NCBI GenBank assembly: GCA_963674745.2 | Contig: CAXXDV010000003.1 | Location: 1,536,001 to 1,600,000 of the forward strand | Reading direction: 5' to 3' | DNA: 64,000 nucleotides | Source of the DNA: Desulfosudaceae bacterium | GTDB taxonomy: Bacteria > Desulfobacterota > Desulfobacteria > Desulfobacterales > Desulfosudaceae | Part shown: positions 1 to 10,260 of the stretch, one piece after another | Numbering within the stretch: the first letter of the stretch is position 1 | Layout of the letters: each line of letters begins with the position of its first letter | Program-made: the position numbers and the translations under genes | Notes under the pieces: model-generated | Databases searched by the model: none | What the model saw: the letters and a program-made list of their open reading frames with translations, nothing else | What the model was told of the DNA's origin: nothing

Positions 1-504
1 GTCGGGGGCGGCGTCACGGATGCAGGTAAATTCGGGGGTCAGTAAAAATTCGTCAATCATGTCGTTCAAAACAAGGGGGCTCTTTTCCGAGTCAACCCCT
101 CTGGCGAGACTCATCAGGTCATTGACCACGGCGGCCGCCCGTACCGCCGCCCCCCGGATGACCTCCAGACCCTTTCTTGTTTTTTCGGAGATGGAGGCGT
201 CCATAAGCAGCAGTTCAGGATAGGTCAGAATGCCGGACAGGATATTGTTCAAATCGTGGGCCACGCCCCCGGCCAGAAGGCCCAGGGCCTCCATCTTTTT
301 CAGCCGGTGTACTTTCTCCTGGAGCTCCTTGATTTCCTCGATGGATGCCTTGATGTCATCCGTCATCATTTTCACGGCGATGGTAAGCGCATCCAGTTCA
401 TCGTTCCGGTCCGACACGGTCAGACCGTCTTCATAATCGCCCCGGGCAATCCCCATCGTATGCCGGATCAGCTGATCAATTCTTGTTTTTTCACTCTTGT
501 TCAT
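1..504 (-). CDS. Sensor histidine kinase (HAMP-like + HisKA), runs off window start
   Basis: Manual translation from ATG 504: MNKSEKTRIDQLIRHTMGIARGDY...DELDAL...KMEALGLLAGGVAHDLNNILSGI (H-box); open to position 1; absent from the ORF track. Confidence 0.85.
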   Translation of the reverse strand, partial: MNKSEKTRIDQLIRHTMGIARGDYEDGLTVSDRNDELDALTIAVKMMTDDIKASIEEIKELQEKVHRLKKMEALGLLAGGVAHDLNNILSGILTYPELLLMDASISEKTRKGLEVIRGAAVRAAAVVNDLMSLARGVDSEKSPLVLNDMIDEFLLTPEFTCIRDAAPD

Positions 505-535
505 ATGATCTCGATAAAAGGCTACAGATACCGCT

Positions 536-940
536 TCACGCAGGCCTGAGCCATTCCATGGCGTCTTCCCGGGTTTTGAAAAACGTCATGTTTTTGTTTC
601 TCGAAATACCCATGACAAAGGAAGCGATGACCATGGACACGGGATGCATTCCGAAAAGGGCGACCTTCCGGCATTTGCCCGTTTCGGAAAAGGCCTTGAA
701 CAACTTTCTCGACCTGGAAGACGTTTTCCCCGCACGGTTAAGATCGATCAGCAAGTCAATCTCACCGTCAACATCCTCAACCATACGATTGATCATACGG
801 TCAATTTCAATACCCATTTCATCGTCGGCATCGCCATTCAAGGTAACATAAAAAATGTTATCGTCGCCGATCAGGTAGTGGTGTTCCGCCGCCCAAAATT
901 CCCGATCGCTGATTTGATTGATCATGAAACCCTTTTTCAT
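536..940 (-). CDS. STAS/SEC14 (SpoIIAA-like) domain protein
   Basis: 134 aa; LLIDL...KVALFG...FFKTREDAMEWL pattern; directly upstream of the kinase. Confidence 0.7.
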   Translation of the reverse strand: MKKGFMINQISDREFWAAEHHYLIGDDNIFYVTLNGDADDEMGIEIDRMINRMVEDVDGEIDLLIDLNRAGKTSSRSRKLFKAFSETGKCRKVALFGMHPVSMVIASFVMGISRNKNMTFFKTREDAMEWLRPA

Positions 941-1503
941 TTATACAATTCCATTTAATAGATTTGAATGCCGGATGTATATATGGATATGGCGTTTTAA
1001 TTTTCAACATCTATAACAGGGGCTGTCCTTTATGACAACGTTTTTGAATTCCGGGGACAGAATTCAGTATACTAATTTGTTTATTCCGCTAATTGCCCAG
1101 GATCTCCTGCCAGGAATGATCAATACTTACTGCAATGGCCATAAAGCACATCATGGAACAGAGATGCGATGTGAGGGCGGGAAAGAATGATTTTAAAGTA
1201 CAGATGTTTTTTTTGTATTATACCTTCCACCTTGAATGTTATTAAAACGATAATAAATATAGAAGGGGCCAGGAGTCCGGGCTCAAAAAAACGCGTAGAA
1301 TTATCATTATTAGGCACTATTTATAACCATTAAAAAGCAAAATTAACCCTCTATGTATTTGTCAATCTTGTCGGATGGGTGTGATCTGACTGGTCTTCTG
1401 TTAATATTTATGATAATAATACGTTTTTATGATAAAAGCTTAAAATCATAATCATAAATTCGATTGTTTTTACAGCTTCATCTACCCGGAGAGAGGTCAT
1501 CTA

Positions 1504-3723
1504 ATGAACAGATTTACCCGCAAACCTTCCAGGCCAATACGCTCAACACTCCTGCTGATACTTGCATTCTGTTTTATTTTTGACGTGGGGTTTTTCACTT
1601 CCGACTCGGCGGCAATCGCCATTGACCCAACGCCATTTTTTTCCAAATCTTTTGCGCCCAATCCTGCCGGGCTCGGCACTGTCAGCACCCTGAGCTTCAC
1701 CATTGACAATTCCGCCAGCGCCAGCGCTGCCACCGGACTGGGTTTTACCGACAACCTCCCGGCCGGTTTGCTTGTGGCCACCCCACCCAATGCATCCACC
1801 ACCTGTACCGGCGGAACAATCACTGCAGTAGCCGGTTCAAGCGCCATCACCTATACCGGCGGTAGTGTTGCGGCCGGCGCATCCTGCACCGTACAGGTTG
1901 ATGTCGTCAGCAGTGCGACCGGTTTTCTGGTCAACACCACCGGCGATTTAACCTCTTCGGCAGGAAACAGCGGCCCGGCCACCGATACCCTGGCAGTGGA
2001 TCCGGCACCCGCTTTTTCCAAAAACTTTGCGCCCGATAAAATTGCCATTGGCGGTGTCAGCACCCTGACCTTCGCCATTGACAATTCACTCAGCACCTCT
2101 GCCGCCACCGGACTTGATTTTACCGACAACCTCCCGGCCGCGGTTGTCATTGCCACGCCAGCCAACGCCTCGACCGACTGTACCGGCGGAACGCTGACAG
2201 CGACAGACGGCACCAACGTCATCACCTACACCGGCGGCAGTGTTGCTGCCGGCGCATCCTGCACTGTATCCGTTGACGTCACTTCCAGCACAGCCGGCAG
2301 CCATGTTAATACTTCGGGCGATTTAACCTCGAGCCTCGGAAACAGCGGCTCGGCCAACGATACATTGCAGGTAAACCCTCCGCCCGGTTTTTCCAAAACC
2401 TTTGGGCCTAATCCGATTTTAACAAACGGAACCAGTACCCTGACCTTTACCATTGATAACTCCGGAAGCACTGCTGCCGCTACAGCCCTGGATTTTACCG
2501 ACAACCTCCCGGCAGAAATTGTCATTGTCACGCCATCCAACGCCTCGACCGACTGTACCGGCGGAACGCTGACAGCGACAGACGGCACCAACGTCATCAC
2601 CTACACCGGCGGCAGTGTTGCTGCCGGCGTATCCTGCACCGTATCCGTTGACGTCACTTCCAGCACAGACGGCAGCCATGTCAATACAACAGGCGCTTTA
2701 ACCTCAAGCCTCGGAACCAGCGGCACGGCCAACGACACGCTGACGGTTGCCAGTCCGACATCCGGCCGATATCTGCTGTCGGTCTTTAAATCAGGAGATG
2801 GCAGCGGGACCGTCACCAGCACCAACATACCGGGGATCAATTGCGGCCCGGACTGCGGGCAATACGCCAATCCCAGGTCAACGATTTCCTTAAACGCCGT
2901 CCCGGACGAGGGAAGCGTATTCGAAGGCTGGTCCGGTGTCTGTACCGGGACAGGCGGATGCACGGTCTATATGAATGGAAACCGGACGGTTACCGCCGCC
3001 TTCAGCAGGACGGACAGTGACGGTGACGGCACACCCGATGACAAGGACCGCTGCCCCAACGATCCTGGCAAGATCGAACCGGGCGCCTGCGGTTGCGGTA
3101 TGCCCGATGATGATAATGACAATAACGGTATACCGGATTGCCTGGATACGGATGACAGCGATATTCCCGAAGACCTGGACATGGACGGCGACGGCATTCC
3201 CGACCGTGACCAGGATGACCTGCGGGTGGTGGCCGGCGGCGCTGACGGCGATTTGTTTATCGGCATCGCAGCCCCGCCCGGGGTTGACCTGGCGTTTCTG
3301 GAGTGGGTCGATCCATCAACCATTGACGACACCGTCAACCGTCCGGACCGTTTACCCCTGGGGCTGATAAGCTTCCGCGGCATGACGGCAAACCCGGGAG
3401 ATACCGTCGAACTCGTCATCTACTTCTCGGAACCGATCCCCGAAGACGCGGTCTGGTATAAGTATGACCCGGTTAACGGCTGGTACGATTTTTCAGATTA
3501 TGTCGTTATCAGCAACGACCGGATGTCATTGACCATCCTGATTCAGGACGGCGGTCCCGGTGACGCGGATGGTGAGGTCAACGGTGTATTTGACGATCCT
3601 TCCGGTCCGGGTTTGTTTAATACTGATGACAACGGCCTTGACGATGATACCACGCCTGTTACGCCCGGCAGCAGCGGCGGCAGCGGCGGCGGGTGCTTTC
3701 TGAAAGCCGCGGAAAGCGAGTAA
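1504..3723 (+). CDS. Secreted surface protein: three DUF11-like Ig repeats, InlB-B-like repeat, Asp-rich Ca-binding segment, choice-of-anchor-U-like domain, Gly-rich GCF tail
   Basis: Signal peptide; 3x FSKxFxP...LTFTIDN...FTDNLPA...SCTVxVDV; DSDGDG motifs; WYKYDPVNGW...IQDGGPGDADGEVNG; ends GGSGGGCFLKAAESE. Confidence 0.8.
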   Translation: MNRFTRKPSRPIRSTLLLILAFCFIFDVGFFTSDSAAIAIDPTPFFSKSFAPNPAGLGTVSTLSFTIDNSASASAATGLGFTDNLPAGLLVATPPNASTTCTGGTITAVAGSSAITYTGGSVAAGASCTVQVDVVSSATGFLVNTTGDLTSSAGNSGPATDTLAVDPAPAFSKNFAPDKIAIGGVSTLTFAIDNSLSTSAATGLDFTDNLPAAVVIATPANASTDCTGGTLTATDGTNVITYTGGSVAAGASCTVSVDVTSSTAGSHVNTSGDLTSSLGNSGSANDTLQVNPPPGFSKTFGPNPILTNGTSTLTFTIDNSGSTAAATALDFTDNLPAEIVIVTPSNASTDCTGGTLTATDGTNVITYTGGSVAAGVSCTVSVDVTSSTDGSHVNTTGALTSSLGTSGTANDTLTVASPTSGRYLLSVFKSGDGSGTVTSTNIPGINCGPDCGQYANPRSTISLNAVPDEGSVFEGWSGVCTGTGGCTVYMNGNRTVTAAFSRTDSDGDGTPDDKDRCPNDPGKIEPGACGCGMPDDDNDNNGIPDCLDTDDSDIPEDLDMDGDGIPDRDQDDLRVVAGGADGDLFIGIAAPPGVDLAFLEWVDPSTIDDTVNRPDRLPLGLISFRGMTANPGDTVELVIYFSEPIPEDAVWYKYDPVNGWYDFSDYVVISNDRMSLTILIQDGGPGDADGEVNGVFDDPSGPGLFNTDDNGLDDDTTPVTPGSSGGSGGGCFLKAAESE

Positions 3724-3764
3724 AGACGGTTTGATGCCCGGTAATCGGTAGCTCAGACAAAATC

Positions 3765-4031
3765 ATGTTCAGCTATGTTTTTATGAAAATCCTGGAAGGC
3801 CGGCCGCGTTCCTATGACAAGGTCATGAACATGGCTTCGTCCGGGCGGGTTCTGCAAATAAAGCAATCCGTGGCTGCCCGGGTTCCGGCCGGCGCCCGGG
3901 TGCTGGAGATCGGCTGTGGTACCGGAGAGCTGGCTGTCATGTGCCTTTCACACGGGGCGATGGTGGACGGGTTTGACCTCGACCCGACCATGATCGAGGC
4001 CGGGTCAACCTACTCTGGCATCAAGTGTTGA
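3765..4031 (+). pseudogene. Truncated class I SAM methyltransferase (N-terminal part only)
   Basis: VLEIGCGTG motif I and GFDLDPTMI, then stops at 88 aa, abutting the convergent gene. Confidence 0.65.
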
Positions 4032-4034
4032 TTT

Positions 4035-4715
4035 TTACCGCATCATCATTCCGGTGCCTGGTGTCGTTACCAGGCCTTTCAGCCGTTCCTTGCAGGCCCC
4101 ATAATCACCGATAAATCTGGTAATATCGGAAATGATCTGATCAAACCTTCTCTTTATGTCATTTGCCTTTGCCTGTTGAACAAGCAGGTGATTCTGCAGG
4201 GCGCTGCTCTCTGTCTGGCTGAATTTATTCTTCAGACAGTATTCTGTCACTTTCTGATTCATATCTCTCAGGTAAGCTTGAATATTCTTCAAACAGGCCA
4301 GGTTTTTCCCGGAATTGGCACTGGCTCTATAGACATTTTCAGGAAAATGATCACAGCTCCTGGTAGAACCAGGGATCATCATGGATTCTGGTGAGCATCC
4401 AGGCTGCATGGGATACTCAAACCCCAGCGATGATGCCCTGGTCCTGGAGCCCGTGGGCTCGTCCCCTTTTTCGTCCCGCTTTAAATCCCCCAAAGTGACG
4501 GTACATTGTTGTGCCTTGAAATTAATCCGTTTAACCATTTCGGCAATATTACCGATTACCGCAAGACCATCCTTTTGATTTTGTTGGGCAGCAATCAGGT
4601 ATTTGTTCATATTGCGAAGAACCGGATCGCCGGCATCTGTCTCACTGCCAAAAAGCACGGCCGGAATAATTACCAACCCAAGAATTACTGTTGAATATGT
4701 AAACTTTTTGTTCAT
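4035..4715 (-). CDS. Hypothetical secreted helical protein
   Basis: MNKKFTYSTVILGLVIIPAVLFG signal-like N-terminus; G-rich RBS; several Cys. Confidence 0.65.
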   Translation of the reverse strand: MNKKFTYSTVILGLVIIPAVLFGSETDAGDPVLRNMNKYLIAAQQNQKDGLAVIGNIAEMVKRINFKAQQCTVTLGDLKRDEKGDEPTGSRTRASSLGFEYPMQPGCSPESMMIPGSTRSCDHFPENVYRASANSGKNLACLKNIQAYLRDMNQKVTEYCLKNKFSQTESSALQNHLLVQQAKANDIKRRFDQIISDITRFIGDYGACKERLKGLVTTPGTGMMMR

Positions 4716-5040
4716 TCCCCCCCCTTTTTTTAACATATTATATAAAAGATCGACGAAAACAGCTCACATCCCGTTAAAACGGTAAAAGGTTATACTTTCC
4801 CAACGTGTTTGCTCTTGATGTTTTGCAGTTTATGAAGGTCTTTATCCTGTTAGCGTGAACCTGGAACGCCGGACAGGAAGCGGTCACCACCATTATCGAT
4901 CAGGAATAGAGAAAGAGAAAAAGTTTATTTTTTGACTATAATCTATTGCAAAATCGGCCTTTTGTGTCAATATTAATAAATAGAAAGAAGGATGAAGGAT
5001 ACGCGTGGGTGACTTAATCAAAACAGGGAGGAAAAAATTA

Positions 5041-5493
5041 ATGGAAAGAAGCATAAAAGCCAGATGCATACTTGGGTTGGTTTTCTTTGTTGTGATAACG
5101 ATTGGATTCTGGGCCGGCCAGGATACATCGTATGCAGGCGGCGGGATCAACTACAAGGTCACGGTACAGAACCCGACCGATCTTCAATGCAGAGTCACCG
5201 TATGGGTAGACAAAGTAACTAAAGCGGGAAACATGGGTGAGAAAACAATACCTGCCGGCGGTTCTGGGACCTGGGAAACCGGAGCCTGGTGTCCTATTGG
5301 CGCAACAGGAAAAATCTACAGCACCGCAGACAGCAATTGGCTTAAAATGCAGGATACCAATTGTTACGGCAACAAAATGAGCATGGAATGGGCGCCTGCC
5401 TGCTGTTGGAACACCACCCTGGAGGTTACCAGAAAGGTCGGTGTCGGCTATCCCAATGTGCGTGATGAAGACTACGGGTTCTCTAAAAAATAA
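5041..5493 (+). CDS. Small secreted Cys-rich 'GGGIN' family protein (paralogue 1)
   Basis: Signal peptide ending SYA, then GGGINYKVTV; homologous to 42039-42491 and 63781-end. Confidence 0.8.
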   Translation: MERSIKARCILGLVFFVVITIGFWAGQDTSYAGGGINYKVTVQNPTDLQCRVTVWVDKVTKAGNMGEKTIPAGGSGTWETGAWCPIGATGKIYSTADSNWLKMQDTNCYGNKMSMEWAPACCWNTTLEVTRKVGVGYPNVRDEDYGFSKK

Positions 5494-5546
5494 GACCCCG
5501 ATCCGGATTTCATTTTGTTTCAGCGACATATCCCGTTCTTACTAAC

Positions 5547-5602
5547 GTAGGCCCCTCCTGTGGCTGCCCTTTCATCAGGCGGCAACAGGGGGCCGCCCCT
5601 AC
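5547..5602. repeat. GTAG-type REP doublet
   Basis: gtaggcccctcctgtggctgccc...ggcggcaacagggggccgcccctac; better copy at 15835-15893. Confidence 0.7.
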
Positions 5603-5683
5603 AACATCCAACGCAGCCCTCCGCCTTGCGGCATGGGACTTTTTACGAAGCCATCACATCTTCATTGCAAAAACCCCCCTCTT

Positions 5684-7213
5684 ATGCAAAAAAACACCAT
5701 GCTGCTTATTAATCCACCGGTCGTAAAACCGTGCGAACCGCCACCCGGCCTGGCAAAACTGGCCGGCGCCTTAAAAAACCATGGCATCGACCATCAGGTA
5801 ATCGATGCCAACATTGAAGGCCTGTCGTTTCTTCTTGAAAATGCTGCCATACAGCCGGAGACACCGGTAAACACCTCGATCAAAAGAGCCCGTTCTCACC
5901 TTCGTTCAAATATCAAATCACTGCAAGGGCCGGATGTTTATCAAAAACCGGATACCTATAAACAGGCGGTTCTGGATATCAACAGAATACTCGATACATT
6001 ATCCAATCCGTTTGACGTTAAACTGGGATTGGCCAATTACCAGGACCGGCATTTATCCCCTGTCAGAAGCCGGGATTTGATCAAGGCCTTCCACAACCCG
6101 GAAAAGAATATATTCCACCCCTATTTCGAAACCCGCCTGGCCCCGATGGCCGAAAACAGGTCCTGTAAAACAGTCGGCATTTCCTTAAACTTCCTGAGCC
6201 AGGCATTATGCACGTTTGCCATGATCGGTTTTTTAAAGCAAAAGGACCCCGGTCTTAAAATTATTCTCGGCGGCGGACTGGTCACCTCATGGGTACGCGG
6301 GTTGAACCGGCACAATCCGTTTACAGGCATTGTGGATGAATTCATTGCCGGGCCCGGAGAAAACAGGCTGTTGTCCATGTTTGGTGTGACGGATATACAG
6401 GATCATTATCAACCGGATTATGATCAATTCCGGTCTTATCCATATCTGTCCCCGGGTTTCATCCTGCCTTACAGTTCCGCCAGCGGCTGCTACTGGAACC
6501 GTTGTTCCTTCTGCCCGGAAAAAGCGGAAAAAAATCCCTTTCTTCCCATAGCCATCAATACCGTTATGACGGATCTTGAATTTTTATCAGCGCAGACAAA
6601 ACCCATACTGCTCCATTTGACGGATAATGCCGTCCGCCCTGCCCTTTTAAAAACCATGGCTGAGCATCCTATACACACACCCTGGTACGGATTTGTAAGA
6701 TTCACATCCCACCTGACAGATCTTGATTTTTGTTTGGCCTTAAAAGCATCCGGATGCGTCATGCTGAAACTCGGCCTTGAATCAGGTGACCAGGATATTC
6801 TGGATTGCATGAACAAAGGGATTGATCTTACGCTGGTTTCGGCGGCGCTGGCGGCACTGAAAAAAGCAGGCATCAAAACGTATATCTACCTGCTTTTCGG
6901 AACGCCTTCGGAAAATTACACTTCCGCCCAAAAGACCCTTGATTTTATTATTCACCACCAGGGACAAATCGATTACCTGAATCTGGCCGTCTTTAACCTG
7001 CCGGCTTACGGCCCTGATGCGGAAAAGCTGGATACCGGAAATTTCTATGAAGGCGATCTTTCGCTTTACAGCGCTTTTTCTCATCCCGAAGGATGGCATC
7101 GGAACCAGGTCAGGCAGTTTCTGGATAAAGAATTTAAACGAAATCCCGATGTCGCTTCTATTCTCAGAAAAAACCCGCCGGTGTTTACGTCAAATCATGC
7201 GCCGTTCTTTTAG
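5684..7213 (+). CDS. B12-binding-like radical SAM protein
   Basis: MLLINPP...PPGLAKL N-terminus; CYWNRCSFC CxxxCxxC motif; LGLESG; start uncertain (5633-5699). Confidence 0.85.
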   Translation: MQKNTMLLINPPVVKPCEPPPGLAKLAGALKNHGIDHQVIDANIEGLSFLLENAAIQPETPVNTSIKRARSHLRSNIKSLQGPDVYQKPDTYKQAVLDINRILDTLSNPFDVKLGLANYQDRHLSPVRSRDLIKAFHNPEKNIFHPYFETRLAPMAENRSCKTVGISLNFLSQALCTFAMIGFLKQKDPGLKIILGGGLVTSWVRGLNRHNPFTGIVDEFIAGPGENRLLSMFGVTDIQDHYQPDYDQFRSYPYLSPGFILPYSSASGCYWNRCSFCPEKAEKNPFLPIAINTVMTDLEFLSAQTKPILLHLTDNAVRPALLKTMAEHPIHTPWYGFVRFTSHLTDLDFCLALKASGCVMLKLGLESGDQDILDCMNKGIDLTLVSAALAALKKAGIKTYIYLLFGTPSENYTSAQKTLDFIIHHQGQIDYLNLAVFNLPAYGPDAEKLDTGNFYEGDLSLYSAFSHPEGWHRNQVRQFLDKEFKRNPDVASILRKNPPVFTSNHAPFF

Positions 7214-7394
7214 AACCGTAAAAGAGCGGTGACCCGCCGGAAAGGTTGTAAAAAAAACGAAAAAAGTGTATTTTAGGGAAAATTATCTCCTTTAATCAAA
7301 CTATCCGATTGGCTGCTCAAGCCATTAATATAAAAAGCTTTATCGCCAATAAGTTGGTTTTTGGAGATCAGGTTTTTATAAAGGAGGAAAACTG

Positions 7395-7994
7395 ATGGCG
7401 GAACGCCGACACCATTACATTGGCTTGCTGCTGCTGGCATTGCTGGCAGCCTTAGTGACCACCTTTTGTGACGCTATTCATGTTCACACAGGCACACTGG
7501 TATATCCCGATCCCTGGCTGTTCAATCAGTCCTTCTGGGTATTCCCTTCGTTTTTTATAAGCTTTCTCGTCATGGCCGCGGCCTATTTCCTGGTCGCAAA
7601 AACACTTCCGGATGCCATCAGCCATGAGCAGTCAACCGCGCCCGGTAGTTTTCAGGCCTGTATCGAAACATCAACATGCTTCGTAATGGTATTTCTGCTC
7701 AGCGGCTTCGGCAGCCGTGAACCCATACTGCTGGCAGTAGTCTTTTACGTCTCTTTTTTCCTGCGCCTGGCTTTTACTTACGATAAACGGTTCTTTTTCG
7801 GTCTGGCGCTGGTGCTGGCGGCAGCGGGCATATTCGGCGAAGGCACCCTGGCTGTTTTTGACATGGTACAGTACCGTCACTCCGAGTACCGTATGCCTGA
7901 AGTTTACAACGTTCCCTGGTGGCTGGGGGGGGTATACATGCACGGGGCATTTGCCTTAAGAGAAGCCATGCGCTTTTTTGTCTACAAGGAATAA
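7395..7994 (+). CDS. Integral membrane hypothetical protein
   Basis: Multiple hydrophobic segments; VPWWL motif; strong RBS aaggagg. Confidence 0.7.
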   Translation: MAERRHHYIGLLLLALLAALVTTFCDAIHVHTGTLVYPDPWLFNQSFWVFPSFFISFLVMAAAYFLVAKTLPDAISHEQSTAPGSFQACIETSTCFVMVFLLSGFGSREPILLAVVFYVSFFLRLAFTYDKRFFFGLALVLAAAGIFGEGTLAVFDMVQYRHSEYRMPEVYNVPWWLGGVYMHGAFALREAMRFFVYKE

Positions 7995-8049
7995 TTGCGC
8001 CCATGATCTGGTTTCTTCTCTGAGGTGCAATTCCGCAATTCCGGGAACG

Positions 8050-8511
8050 TCACATCTTTTTTACAAGTTCTATCCCTTTATCTGTAATCTTTATTTTCTT
8101 TTGTCTATATAGTATGCCGATTGCCCGCTTAAACACCTTTTTACTTACCTGAAACTCCTTTTTTATAGCTTCGGGGGAACTTTTATCGTTAAGCCGGCTT
8201 TTGCCACCGGCGGCCTTAAGGTGCGCCAGGATTTTGTCAGTGGTTGTAAGCGCATGGCTGCCTTTTTTCGGCTGCAGAGATACATCTATCTTTCCATCTT
8301 CTCTAACCAGTTTTATGTATGCTTTGATTTTCTGGCCTTTCTGGTAATCACCATAAACCTGATTTCCATAAACCAGCCCCGTATACGCATCATTGATGGC
8401 TACTTTTATCCCCAGATCGGTAAAGGCTATTATCTCGACATCCACTTGCTGCCATTGGGCAAACACGCCCGGCTCCACTGTTTCTTTTAAATGCTCATAA
8501 TTATTTTTCAT
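8050..8511 (-). CDS. CvfB-like S1 RNA-binding / winged-helix protein (short form)
   Basis: TDLG...YIKLVREDGKIDVSL...DKSSPEAIKKEFQVSKKVFKRAIGILY. Confidence 0.8.
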   Translation of the reverse strand: MKNNYEHLKETVEPGVFAQWQQVDVEIIAFTDLGIKVAINDAYTGLVYGNQVYGDYQKGQKIKAYIKLVREDGKIDVSLQPKKGSHALTTTDKILAHLKAAGGKSRLNDKSSPEAIKKEFQVSKKVFKRAIGILYRQKKIKITDKGIELVKKM

Positions 8512-8529
8512 TTTTCTACCTTAAACGAA

Positions 8530-8748
8530 TGTCCGAAAATTCCGGGAACAGTACATCTCGATGTATTCAAATACCCCAGCATGTGCTTCATCAACCGTTC
8601 TGTAATTCCCTGCGTAAATGAGCTTTACTTTAAACCGGCTGAAGAAGGATTCCATCACCGCATTATCCCAACAGTTCCCCGTTCAACTCATACTACAATG
8701 AATACCGTTTGCTTTCAACGCCTCCTGGTATTCATAACCGCGATATGG
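8530..8748. mobile_element. Probable degenerate IS end fragment (IS3-like terminus)
   Basis: tgtccgaaaattccgggaacagtaca reads TGTACTG...GGACA on the minus strand, resembling an IS3-type inverted repeat; no transposase present. Confidence 0.35.
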
Positions 8749-8896
8749 TTAAAAAACCTTGTATTGGCTATCAAATCAGATTATGAAGTCCTGAAAGTCT
8801 CCATGGGGCTTTTGCGCGGAAAAATTCTCATTTCTGAATTGGAAACGATCATAATGATGGGCACGGATTAACACTAAAAACGACAAGGAGCACACC

Positions 8897-9385
8897 ATGA
8901 GCGAATGTCCCTGCGGATCGAACCAGCCTTATTCCCGGTGTTGTGAGCCGTTGCATAAAGGCGCCCCGGCGCTTACCGCAGAACAGCTGATGCGCTCGCG
9001 CTATTCGGCCTATGTGAAGGTTGAGCTTGATTATCTTGAGGAGACCATCCATCCGCAAGAACGCGCGGGTTATAACGCTGACAGTGCGCGGGTTTGGGCT
9101 GAGCAATCGGCCTGGGACCGCCTGGAAATCCTTGAAACCACCGGCGGGGGACAGGATGATCAGACCGGTGAAGTTGAATTTATTGCGCATTACGCTGATG
9201 CCAAAGGGCGCAAATCAATGCATCATGAACGCGCCCGCTTTGAAAAAGATAACGGCCGCTGGTATTTCAAAGACGGGAATGTGGTCAATCAGCAAACCAT
9301 CAGAAGGGACGCTCCCAAGGTCGGACGAAACGCCCCCTGCCCTTGCGGCAGCGGAAAAAAGTTTAAAAAGTGCTGCGGTGCCTGA
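8897..9385 (+). CDS. ychJ: YchJ family SEC-C motif protein
   Basis: CPCGS...[13 protein letters not shown]...VEFIA...WYF.DG; C-terminal [18 protein letters not shown]. Confidence 0.9.
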   Translation: MSECPCGSNQPYSRCCEPLHKGAPALTAEQLMRSRYSAYVKVELDYLEETIHPQERAGYNADSARVWAEQSAWDRLEILETTGGGQDDQTGEVEFIAHYADAKGRKSMHHERARFEKDNGRWYFKDGNVVNQQTIRRDAPKVGRNAPCPCGSGKKFKKCCGA

Positions 9386-9407
9386 TGCGGCTAAGGAGCG
9401 TCCTCGA

Positions 9408-9549
9408 CCGGGATCGGGCCTAACTAACGGTCTGATCTAAAACAAGACACACCTCAAAATCACCGAAAAATAAGGCTTAGAATGCCCTTTTGTGTCTCAA
9501 AAAGCAGGTTTTAGAGCTTTAAGGTGTTAGGTGGTCAGAAATGGGGTCA
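9408..9549. repeat. Dispersed intergenic repeat family E (GGGTCGG.CC...CTGATCTAAAACAAGACAC...AAAATAAGGCTTAG)
   Basis: Related segments at ~10415-10479, 48556-48628, 59945-59990, 61686-61730, 63551-63652. Confidence 0.6.
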
Positions 9550-10260
9550 ATCTTTCTGAATGCCGGATCGGGGTCCGGCATGACGAGGAAGCTGATCCCC
9601 CGGTTTAACCGGCTCTCCCATGAGTAGGCGGTTTTTCGGGGTGATGGCATGGGGAATGGCCGCGGTGTAAACCTGATACCCGGCATCCCTGAGCTTAAGG
9701 GCCCTGACCGCGTCAACTGCCAGATCCGAAGCCATCCACGAAGACAGCCCGCCGGTATCGCAGGTTTTCAGGTCATGGCAGCAAGGCAGAACCCCTACCC
9801 TGGCCCGCGCCGACACAGCCCGGGCCAGAACAACATCTGTCAGGCTGCCGCAGGCATGGGCAGAAACCACCAAATCGCCGGGCAGAAGTTCAATCTCCTT
9901 TATGTCCCGGGGTTCGAAACAGACACGGTCCCGGAGAAACGGCCAGGTTTCCGACATGGCGGCAAGCAGTGTTTCCGCACTTTTTGGGATGCGGGTATCC
10001 ACGGCCAGGGCCAAAGGTGACGTCCGGTCCAGAATGAGCATGATCTGGGCCAGGAGCCCGTGGCCGCAGGCCAGGTCCACCACCCGGCCGCCCCTGAACC
10101 GCCGCCTGACCCGTCGGGCCGTTTCCCAGGCCTCATACAACTCTTTTCTGGGCAGGAACCCGGCACAACAGACCGCCCTGGCAATCCGGTGGAACAGCGT
10201 GTCTTCCGGAAACAGGTCCTGGTGTATGGGCATGAGCCGGTTTTTGCTGGGCAGTTTCAC
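9547..10260 (-). CDS. SAM-dependent methyltransferase
   Basis: VVDLACGHGLL motif I; SAHACGSLTD; LPCCH. Confidence 0.85.
   Translation of the reverse strand: MKLPSKNRLMPIHQDLFPEDTLFHRIARAVCCAGFLPRKELYEAWETARRVRRRFRGGRVVDLACGHGLLAQIMLILDRTSPLALAVDTRIPKSAETLLAAMSETWPFLRDRVCFEPRDIKEIELLPGDLVVSAHACGSLTDVVLARAVSARARVGVLPCCHDLKTCDTGGLSSWMASDLAVDAVRALKLRDAGYQVYTAAIPHAITPKNRLLMGEPVKPGDQLPRHAGPRSGIQKD

Noticed and set aside
8491..8871. 126-aa ORF as a real gene
   Set aside because: Overlaps a probable IS-end remnant; no RBS or recognisable domain
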